DNA of 64,000 nt from Bugula neritina. Taxonomy: Eukaryota > Animalia > Bryozoa. The notes below the pieces were generated by a model. That model saw nothing but the letters and a program-made list of their open reading frames with translations. It made no database searches and was not told the DNA's origin. Shown here piece after piece: positions 53,197 to 64,000 of the stretch. The stretch's first letter is position 1, and each line of letters starts with the position of its first letter. Position numbers and translations under genes: made by a program. The stretch covers positions 2,814 through 66,813 of the forward strand of contig CAXIUT010000078.1 in assembly GCA_964035545.1 (NCBI GenBank). Reading direction: 5' to 3'.

Positions 53197-54961
53197 ATGT
53201 TTCTGGAGAAGTACAAAAACAAACGCAGGCTTGGTAAAGGTGCTTATGGAGATGTTTACCTCGTGGAAGATGAGAAAGGTGCTCAGTACGCTCTAAAGCT
53301 CATTTCAGTCAAAATGATAGAAGCTGAGCCTCATCTTAGAGAGTATCTTTAAGGCTAAATTGATTGCATGAAAAGCATGGATTCACCCTATATCATCAAA
53401 CTTTATGATGATATTGAAGACTAAACATACATCCACCTTGTCTTGGAGTACTGTGATGGAGGAGATTTAGTAAACTACCAGGCTAAGTTGAAAGATAAAG
53501 TTTTCACTCTTGATAGAGCCACAGAAGTTCTTGCTGAAGTGATCAAAGGATTAGAAACTCTTCACTAGAAAGGCTATCTTCATAGAGATATTAAATCTCA
53601 GAATGTTCTCATTAAGAATTAAGGAGGAAAAGAGGTATTTATGTTGTTATTCAGGTTTATAAATTAGCAGATTTTGGATTTAGCAAAAAGAAAACTGACA
53701 TCGGAGGGACAGTCCTTGGAACTGAACAATTCATGTCTCCAGAGATTTTTTCAGGTAATGAAACCACCTTTTATGGCTTTTAGGTTGATATGTGGGCTTT
53801 CGGAGTTCTCTTCTATTTCATGCTAAACATGGAATTTCCCTTTAGTATTTATCTTTTAATGAAGAAATGAACCCACATTGGCCTCCAGAAAGAAAAGAAG
53901 TCTAACTTAAAAAGTTAGCTACTAAATTTAGTTATAAAGGAGCTGCCAAAGGAACAAAAAAGCAAAAATTGGAGAATTGTACAAACTAAATTGAAGATTT
54001 GTTTCAGAAAATGTTTGAATTAGATCCAGATGAAAGAATTACCTTTTCTGACATTAGAAAACATCCAGTCTTTTCAAAGCATTTCCCTATAGTACAAGAA
54101 GCTTCAAAAATTCTTTACAGCAAGAAATTTCAACCTAGTAAAATTGTAAAGAAGACTGATAAGAAACCATAAAAGAAAGCAATGGAGTAGGAAGACAATA
54201 TTAGACAAACAATGAGCATTATCCGCAAGAAAGATAAAAGTTTTCCAGCTGAAAAATAAATTCTTTAACGAAAAAAAGACGAAATTGATTTCCTTAGAGA
54301 TAATTCTGAGTTCTTCATTGATTGTGGAGATATTCTTAAAACACCTGAAAAACTTATGATATCATACAATACTTTGAAATACTACATTGTTCTCCTCAGG
54401 AAGTTTAAAGTTGAGCTTAATCCAGAAATTTTAGGAAAACTATATCCTAATCACAAGTGGCTTGAGTATTCAAAGACTAGATAATTCAAGGATTTGATGG
54501 CAGAAGTAGTTAACGATCTAAGTCAAAACTAATTGAAATTTTCTAACATCTATGATCAATGTTAAGGTTATCTTAATGAAATAGCCGAAATAAACTCTAA
54601 GTTTAAAGCAGCTTTTAATCATGATATCGAAGAAAAATAATTTGAACACGAATTCAAGGATAGCTATCGTAAGTCAACTATCTATATATTTGGAGTTCTA
54701 AGAGAAACTCTCAAAAGTAAAAATAAGAAAGGAAACAAGCTCAATTATATTCTATCACTAGTTGTGATATCTCATGCATTCAATAACATTTTCTCAGATC
54801 TAGAGAGTCTTAGTGTGATTTTCCAGGACTACTTAGGAGAGCGAAAGCAAAATGTTGAAAAAATTGATTACACTGACCTACGAAACTGGATGTCTAAAAG
54901 CAATGAAAAGGTTCTCAACAACATTGCCAAGTCAATCATCAAAATATACTTTGCAGCATGA
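53197..54961 (+). CDS. ULK/Atg1-like Ser/Thr kinase, paralog B
   Basis: LGKGAYGDV, LEYCDGGDL, HRDIKSQNVL, KLADFGFSK, FMSPE; same two intron positions as paralog A. Confidence 0.9.
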
Positions 54962-55088
54962 TACATCATCAAATCATTGATTAACCTTCTATAAATATTT
55001 ATCTGATATGAAATTAAAGATAGAACAAGTTCATCCTATTAATGAATAAAATAATAAAAGAAGATATTCAGAATATTAATCATTATAG

Positions 55089-55334
55089 TCAGCTTCTTAA
55101 TTTTAAATAGGGTTAGACTATCTAATGACTTCTAGTTGAACTACCAGAATCTTTATTTATCACAAAGAACCAAAGTATGATAAAGATAACTCCTAGAAGA
55201 ATGATGACCAAAGTAGTGATAAGAAAGACTGCTAAAGTACTATTTCTTTAACAAGTCAAGCAGCATCTCTTGTAGCAAGAAATTTATTCTTCTTAGATCG
55301 GCGGACCAGCCACATATTCTTATTCAAAACACAT
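55089..55334 (-). CDS. 81-aa single-pass membrane protein with a juxtamembrane Cys cluster
   Basis: MCFEEEYVAGPP...CYKRCCLTC...LAVFLITTLVIILLGVIFIILWFFVI. Confidence 0.7.
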
Positions 55335-55410
55335 AATTATATTAATTAGTCCAATATCTTTTATTCTCTATTACAATTATTTAAATATTTGATTCTAATT
55401 AAAGTTATAA

Positions 55411-55503
55411 GGGGTTGGGGTTGGGGTTGGGGTTGGGGTTGGGGTTGGGGTTGGGGTTGGGGTTGGGGTTGGGGTTGGGGTTGGGGTTGGGGTTGGGGTT
55501 GGG
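55411..55503 (+). repeat. Internal telomeric (GGGGTT)n tract 4
   Basis: 93 nt of perfect repeat. Confidence 0.97.
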
Positions 55504-56078
55504 ACTTTATCAAACGAACTTAACCTCCTAGAGAGTTAGTTGCCAAGTTCAATACTCACATCGACAAGTTAGAAGACCAGGTTAAACAATTTAACTCTAC
55601 ATAAAGCAAATTACAAATCAGAATGGCAAAACATTCCGATCAAAACAGAACCTCTCAGTCATTTAGACTCAAAGCTCTTACTCAACCTAAGTATCAGGAC
55701 TTATTACTGAACTGTTAACTGCCTAAAAATGAAAAAAACAAAGAAAATAAATGCAAACTGAATCGCAACATTTCAACCAAAAGTGGAAAAGAGTACAGGA
55801 ACTCAGCCCTAACATCGAGCACAACCAGTTTGTTTGGTTTCAGATCGAAAGCTTAAAGTAAGGTAGCCCAAAGTAGACTAGCAAATGCTACTCAGTCTAA
55901 AATAAAAGATCAAAATGACCTCAAATCAACAATGATTCGAACCACAGTTAACCAAATTAACAACTCATCCATAGTGATCAATGTTTTACCTAACTAAGCT
56001 ATGGTTTAAAGTGTAGTATTTCCTAATAGAAGTTTAACATAAAAGTTAATTTAAATTAATTTTTAAAATGTAAAATGA
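55504..56078 (+). pseudogene. 5'-truncated copy of the gene at 21720-22578
   Basis: 55522-56037 matches the reverse complement of 22014-22529; no ATG after the telomere tract. Confidence 0.7.
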
Positions 56079-56113
56079 TAGTTGATGATTATTTAATTAA
56101 AAAGAATGAAACA

Positions 56114-56771
56114 TCAGCAGCATTTATTTTATTTGTTTTTTTCCGGTTTATCTTTGTTTCCAAGTTTTTTAGGTTCTTGATGTTCAGCAGGTGTCTGCAT
56201 TTGATTTGTTTATTTTTTAGATCTTTCTCTTAAGACTTTGCTTACTATGGTTTCAAATACCAATTGAATATTGGCAGAGTTGAAAGCTGAACATTCTATA
56301 TAATCTAGCTTATTCTTTTTAGCAAAATTAAAGGCTTCATCTTCTGATACTTTTCTCTACTTAACCTTGTCATTTTTATTTCCTATCAAAATGACTGATG
56401 ATTGTAAGTTGCCATGTCTTTCAAGTTCTTATAGCCAAAAGGAAACATTTTAGAGAGACTCTTTATTGGTAAGATCAAATACGACAAGAATTCCATGAGC
56501 TCCTCTACTTAAATTAATAAATACTTGTAGTAATTGGCGGTAATAGTGCGAAAGCGTTCTTGTCCAGCTGTATCCCAGATTTGAAGTTTACATTTATTAC
56601 CTTCAACGAATATAGTTTTAGTTTTCTATGTCAAGAATATTGTACGAAGTCGACTCCAATGGTATTGTAGAAGGCTTCTGTAAATTTATTTTAACAGAAA
56701 CGAGATAAGATACAGGATTTACCTACCCCTGAGTCTCCTATTATGAGTAATTTCAAAAATTCATCTGACAT
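56114..56771 (-). CDS. Rab GTPase, Rab1-like
   Basis: [37 protein letters not shown]-terminal CC; two 20-nt introns. Confidence 0.95.
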
Positions 56772-56915
56772 TTTAATCTATCAGTCAAAAAAAATTATTA
56801 TTTATCAACTTTACGATTATCAAATTGAATATAAAAAATAAACTTTTGATTAAATAATTTATCAATCTAAGAATTATTGATTATCCTAAAGATATAATTG
56901 TTCTATAAATTAGCA

Positions 56916-57565
56916 ATGACTTCTACCTTTCTTGAAAAATTTCAAGGAAAAATGAATGTAGTTTCTAGACAAGGTTTTTAAAGTCTTCTCAAAGAATCTC
57001 AGAGTTGTCAAATTCAACCTCATACAAAGTACTTTGATAAAACAAAACGAATCATACACTTTGATGGAAGACTATCAAAACAAAAAATAGCAAGAGATAC
57101 TTCATCATCTATTTCTGAGGAAACATTCCAGCTTCCTTCTTTAGGAGATCGTTATCTTTCATCTGAAAAGAAAAACTAAGCTCATAAACATAAGAAGGTA
57201 TCTGAATATATTGATAAGGAGACAAAATGGAGAATAGAAAAACCTTATAAAGAATCAGAATCCATGTTATCAGAGATTAAACAGTAAGTTAGAGAATAAC
57301 AAGAATCTGAAAAAGAGAACAAAAGAACTATTTTTAAAGAAGAAGTTAAAAGCTTCAAGAAATAACCTTCTTTTTTTAAATCAACTAAATTAGGAGGTTT
57401 AGGAGCAAATATAGGAGGTTAAGAGTGGATCATTAAACGGAATAAACAAGAAAAAGCCAAGGTATTTTTTTTATTATGTAGAACTACTCCAAAAAATTAA
57501 GAAAAAATCATTTAGAAAAAATGAGGGAGTAGAAAGTATTCGATTAAACAAACATAAACTATTGA
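56916..57565 (+). CDS. Hypothetical protein with a JHY-like KLGGLG motif
   Basis: STKLGGLGANIGGEEW; one ~20-nt intron. Confidence 0.6.
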
Positions 57566-57615
57566 AAACAGATAGAAATTTCAATGATTGAGTTATCATA
57601 ATTTTTAATATTAAA

Positions 57616-58089
57616 ATGGCTCTTGAAAGACTGATCCTCTCCATGAAAAGGGATCATATTGATAAGAAATGTTTTGATCATTTCGACTACATTGAAACTT
57701 TGGAACAACTATCAGAATTATAATTACTAAATCATCCTCGCAAGCGAAAAGTTGTTCAGGAATTTGTATCGAAATGTTTGATTAAGCTTGAGTAGGAAGA
57801 GAAAAAAAATGAAAAGAAAGAGAAAGTCTTGAATTTTTTGGAAAGAGTTAAGATTTACGAATAAAGAAAAGAAGAAAAGCTTTAAGCTCTAAGATTTTTG
57901 GAATAGAAGTATGATAGCAAGTGTGGACAGCTCAAATTTTATCCGAAAATATAGAAGCAAAAAGCTACCCAAGTCAATCGCTTTTGGAAAGATATAGATG
58001 GTTATTAAAATGTTCCCGCAGAATAATCTATCCAAGCTCCCAACGAATCATTTTTGGAAGATCATTCTAACTATCCTTCTTTACATTGA
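57616..58089 (+). CDS. Hypothetical protein
   Basis: 474-nt ATG-to-TGA frame with TAR=Glu. Confidence 0.6.
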
Positions 58090-58236
58090 TTATTGATTCC
58101 TTATTGTTCCTATATATTTTTTTAACAAATAGATTTGTTTATTTATTAAAAATGATTAACAATAGTCAAAGATGAATCTAAAAAAATGACTGAAAATTGG
58201 TTAGTTTAAAATCATTGAATACTATAGATTTGAGAT

Positions 58237-58309
58237 GTTCAATTGGTGTAGTGGTTATCACGTCTGCCTAACACGCAGACGGTCCCAGGTTCGATCCCTG
58301 GATTGAACA
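58237..58309 (+). tRNA. tRNA-Val(AAC)
   Basis: Acceptor stem GTTCAAT/ATTGAAC, D arm TAGTGG, anticodon arm TCTGC-CTAACAC-GCAGA, T loop GGTTCGATCC; 73 nt. Confidence 0.97.
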
Positions 58310-58315
58310 TTTTTT
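58310..58315 (+). terminator. Pol III oligo-T terminator
   Basis: T6 run directly after the tRNA. Confidence 0.8.
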
Positions 58316-58457
58316 AACAATAATTCTTTTAAGAAATATATTTTTTCTACATTCCTTGTTAATGAAGAAATTTTTATGTATTATCATTTATAGCAAGCTC
58401 CTACTTTTCTAATATGGCTATTATTGATAAAATGATTAAAGATATCGATTATAAAAA

Positions 58458-59813
<1,356 letters not shown>

Positions 59814-59829
59814 TTAATTGTCAACTTTA

Positions 59830-59882
59830 AAGGATTGTATTTCCTTGGAAAGGAGGTTCGATTCCTTCTTCTTCCCTTTTTT
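59830..59882 (+). other. tRNA 3'-half-like element containing a B-box
   Basis: Hairpin AAGGA-TTGTATT-TCCTT, then GGAAA, then T-arm GGAGG-TTCGATT-CCTTC, then oligo-T; no matching 5' half. Confidence 0.4.
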
Positions 59883-60468
59883 ATAAAAATGAAAGAATAT
59901 ATAATATTTTTGAATCTTTTCTTAAAGAATGCAATCAATAACAAATCAATAATTATCTTTAAAATAGATAACTATCTTCCATAAAAATAGACCATTCATT
60001 AGAACCTTCTTTGACGATCTTTCTGGAAAGAGAAACTTCTTTTTAGATCGTTTTAATGTCTCAATAATTGATTCAAAATAACTTGATAATAAATATTCAC
60101 ATAATAATAATCACGAAAAAAATGATTAAGAAGAAACAATTGAAGGGAAACTGGCAAGTATTTTCAATTGATATTTTTTTATTATTAAAGAATATTATCT
60201 AATAAAATATATTATAATCGAACTAAACTATTTTTTAATAATAGTAGAATATAAGTATTTAAAGAAATAATTTGTAAAATGAATTAAAATATTGATAAAT
60301 TAGAGTCTAAAAATGATTTTTTTATAAAATTTTAACTTAAAAAATTTTTCTTGAAAAATAGATTCTTTGAGTAAATAACAATCTTAATGCTTTTAAAATA
60401 AAGTGTTTTGAAATAAATTATAATCTAAACATTGATTTTTTATTTTAATAAAAAATAAAATTAGCAAT

Positions 60469-60870
60469 ATGTTATCTAAAACACATAAGCATACAAAATC
60501 AACCAGTTGCAATTCAATCAAAAAATAAATAACTGAATCTCAAAGACTGTAGATGATCAAAAATCCATCAGATAGTTCTTTTATTCCATTTTGTTCAGAA
60601 AGGAGATTGGGAAAGTTAATATCTGATCGACCTATCCCTAAGCCTTCAAAAGAATTAAATAATGAACAGCTTATTGAGAAAATTAATTTTAGAAATTTTA
60701 GTAAGGTATATCAAGTTATCATGAATGTTTAAAAAAAAAGATACTCCTAACTTACAAGAGGTAAATCTAGAATTAGATAGTTTCTGGACAAAAAGATCTT
60801 ATCAATAATTAATGGAAAATTAAATCTATTTCGCTTCCCAAACCTAAACAACCTCAATTAGCAACCATGA
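60469..60870 (+). CDS. Hypothetical protein, may extend to about 61100 across an indel
   Basis: 402-nt ATG-to-TGA frame with TAR=Glu. Confidence 0.45.
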
Positions 60871-61372
60871 AATCAGCATAATTATCTTTTGAATGCTTAT
60901 AAAAGAAGAATAATCGATTCGATAAGATGAATACAGAATTATTTAAAAAGATTAACTCAGTATAATAGCCAAAAAATAACCCTTAGTTTCAAGAAATGTA
61001 TCAGAACTTTGTTAAAGTTAGCTCACTAAATGAAAATATAAAGAGAGTATAAATGACAACTAAATCTAAATTCATACGTCCCTGAATATTCACTTGATGA
61101 TTTTATATTGTCCGTTACTTTATTTTCTTCATTTAAAATAAAATGTTTTTAGAAAATTAAGAAGAAATATTAAAAATAATCACAAGGAATATGTTTTATA
61201 AACTGTTTACTTTTTTTAAGTCAAGACAATAATTTTCTCAAAAAATATTAATTGAAAATAACTTTTCTTACTTATCTTTCCGACTAAAAATAAAAAAATA
61301 CGATTATCAATGCATTTTTATGAAATTAAGAAGGAGGTAATTTATTTAATATTTCAATTATAAAAACCAGTA

Positions 61373-62759
61373 ATGAAACAGACAACAACACTTATGATGT
61401 TGCTTCTGCTTTTACTAATACTTACTTCAGATAGTAAATTAACTAAAATTACTCCTGATCTGGGTCCTGAAGCTAAATGTTTGGATGGTAGTCCTCCAAT
61501 ATTATTTTTGGATGAAGGATCTGAAAAGGAAAATATCTATATTCACATGCATGGTAACGGAAGTTGCATCAGACCTTATGATACAGTTTAAGAAAACTTA
61601 CAGACTTGTCTAAAAATAAGCAAATCAAGAAGAGGATCATCAAAAAATCCGCCAAGAAATCCTATTAAAGGAGGTCAAGGAATCTTTGATTCAAACCTTT
61701 AAAATAGTAAATTTGCATCATGGACCAAAATTTTACTTCTCAACTGTGATGCTGCCTTTTTCCATGGTCACAACAAAGATCCTATAGATGTCAATGGATA
61801 AAAGATTTATTTCAGAGGATCAGTCAATATGAAAGCCTATTTCAAATGGATTAATGACAAGTATGATTTTTCTAAGGCCAAAAATGTAGTTTTATCAGGA
61901 ACTATGGCTGGAGGACCTGCAGTATTCTTTTGGATTGACTATCTTAGAGAGTTAGTTGGTGATCCTTAAAAAAGTTAAAGGAATAACTGATTCAGGTAGC
62001 TTTCCATCTCCTGCTTATGTACAGTTTAATTTTTAACAAAATATTCTTTTCAAACGACTATATCCTAAATAAAATTTCTAAAAAAATGATAAAAAAACAG
62101 AAGCAAATGACTCTTCTTCTTCTTCTCCTCCTCCTCCTCCTCCTCCTACTCCTTCTCCTCCTTCTGCTGATGGAGGAATGATTTCACTAGATAACTTGCC
62201 TCCTCCTCCTTAAGCACCACCATCACTCGTTTAACAATTAAAGTCTTTTCTAGATATAGTCAATGCTGATGAAGATATTCCCAATCAGAAATGTATTGAA
62301 CATAGAAAACCTAAAGGTGAAGATTGGAAATGTGGATTTGCTGAGTTTGCTATTCCTTTTCTCGAGACAAAAATATTATTGATTCAATCTCAATATCACC
62401 CATTCTTCCTCAAAGAAGTTTTAAGTTTAGATTGTATGACTACTGGATCTTCAGGTTACACCTTTAAAAATTGTAAACCAAGTGATAGTATTCGTGCTGA
62501 TCAATTTAGAGCTATTATGTTTAACAGAGTATTGAATCCTTTAATCAAATCTGGACATAGTGTGTGGTCAAATGCTTGCTCTTGGCAGGGGTATCTTATC
62601 AATTCTAACTTTTATAATTCTGAAAATCAAAAAGCTCCTTTCGGTGAATAAGATAGCATGACCGTACGAGAAGCAGTAGAGGCTTTTGTCTTTGATAATA
62701 AAACAATTGCTTTGGTGGATCCTCATCCTTGGCCGTCAAATACGCCTTGTGCCTTTTGA
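61373..62759 (+). CDS. Pectin acetylesterase/Notum-like protein with a degenerate active site
   Basis: Signal peptide, AKCLDGSP, NCDAA, YFRG, WPSN..C; GTMAGG in place of GxSAGG; Ser/Pro-rich insert. Confidence 0.85.
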
Positions 62760-62904
62760 TTTATCTCATCAATCATAGATTTGAAAGATCTAAATGAATC
62801 TATATTTATTGAATTTGATATATTGATTAATATCTTAGTTATAAAATATATTCTTTATTATTGCTATTTTTTAATATGATAGATATATTTTTTTTAAATA
62901 AGAA

Positions 62905-62999
62905 GGGGTGGGGTTGGGGTTGGGGTTGGGGTTGGGGTTGGGGTTGGGGTTGGGGTTGGGGTTGGGGTTGGGGTTGGGGTTGGGGTTGGGGGTTGGGGG
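62905..62999 (+). repeat. Internal telomeric (GGGGTT)n tract 5
   Basis: 95 nt of repeat. Confidence 0.97.
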
Positions 63000-63734
63000 A
63001 TTTTAGGTGATCTAAATATATTATTCAAAAGATAATTTAACTGACTAAAGGCTTTTCCATTAAGATTTAACCAAATATTAGATTACTTTGTTTTTGACTA
63101 AATTCAAAGCTAAATAAATTAAGAATTACATAGAGTTATTTATTTAAGTTTTTTCCAACATGTTCTAGTTAACATTTAGCATCCGTAGGTTCCTATTTTG
63201 TTTTTAGCTTAATAAATACTATAATACTTAGAATGACTTCTTCCAAATTATCCCATTGATTTTTTGATAAATACTAACATCCTTTATCTTTAATACTGTT
63301 TAAGCCTTAATCTAAGATATTTAATACTTAATTCTAAAGTTTTTAAATTTTTCCATTATCCTCTTGATAGATTTTTACATCCAATATCTCCTATCTTATT
63401 TTTTGCTATAATTATTTTGTCTTTACTGAGTCGAAGTACAATCAATTTATCAAAAGGCACTTTTAGTAGTTGTTGAGATCCTTTATCTCCGATTCGATTA
63501 AAATCTTTATCTTTTAAAGTATACTGAAGTTAAGTTATAAACTGTTCAATAATCTTTTTTTATTTTAATTTGCCTTGATTTATACCACTACATCTACTAA
63601 GTCTTTTGTTCCAATGCATTTATTTGCTGTTTAAAGTTATATTTACTTAAGTTATAGACATGTCTAACTTTACCTTATTCTCTAGGATTCTTAAAGTTGT
63701 TAAGGACTACGTTTTGCCAACTTTATACTTACAT
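63000..63734 (-). CDS. Leucine-rich-repeat protein with one-repeat exons, 3'-truncated by the telomere tract
   Basis: Repeats such as KNKIGDIGCKNLSRGEWKNLKTLEL; six phase-1 introns of 20-22 nt; no stop before the repeat. Confidence 0.88.
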
Positions 63735-63937
63735 TTTTTAGTATTATTAATCAAAGAATAATTACAGATTGTATTTACTTTACTAGATTTAATAAATAAA
63801 ATCGAATAGTTATTGAATACTAAAATAATATTTAAAATAATGTATCAGCAATTTAAATAATAGTTTTAGAATATATTAAAATACCAATCAGTTAGATAAA
63901 GAGTTAGTATATATCTTAAATTAAATATATTTTTAAA

Positions 63938-64000
63938 GGGGTTGGGGTTGGGGTTGGGGTTGGGGTTGGGGTTGGGGTTGGGGTTGGGGTTGGGGTTGGG
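63938..64000 (+). repeat. Telomeric (GGGGTT)n tract 6, running off the window (possible true end)
   Basis: Perfect repeat to the last base. Confidence 0.95.

Noticed and set aside
62110-62165. (TCT)n/(CCT)n microsatellite as a separate element
   Set aside because: It is the coding Ser/Pro linker of the PAE-like gene.

Overview
AT-rich, gene-dense eukaryotic DNA from a ciliate macronuclear genome, most likely a peritrich (Oligohymenophorea). The supplied standard-code ORF track is misleading. TAA and TAG are sense codons read as Glu, as shown by invariant Glu positions in alpha-tubulin, RNase T2, kinases and TGT. TGA is the only stop (NCBI table 30). Introns are tiny GT-AG introns of mostly 19-22 nt. 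Re-reading gives about 45 protein genes, including alpha-tubulin, Ran, a Rab, cytochrome c1, clathrin light chain, Nup98, SAS-4/CPAP, IQCH, a BEACH protein, SPX-EXS, QTRT1, RNase T2, Wee1 and other kinases, transporters, two pectin-acetylesterase/Notum-like genes and an LRR gene, plus tRNA-Val(AAC). Six (GGGGTT)n telomere tracts, all in the same orientation, divide the window. Their left sides look like real chromosome ends, while their right sides often start inside genes, so this is either real end-to-internal joining or an amplification/assembly chimera. The best novelty candidates are an N-acylated TPR protein with a RelA/SpoT-like nucleotidyltransferase domain, a TPR protein fused to a prokaryote/phage-like glycosyltransferase, and an LRR gene built from 78-nt one-repeat exons. 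All translations were done by eye. Many genes carry homopolymer indels that are probably sequencing errors, so the ends of hypothetical genes are approximate.
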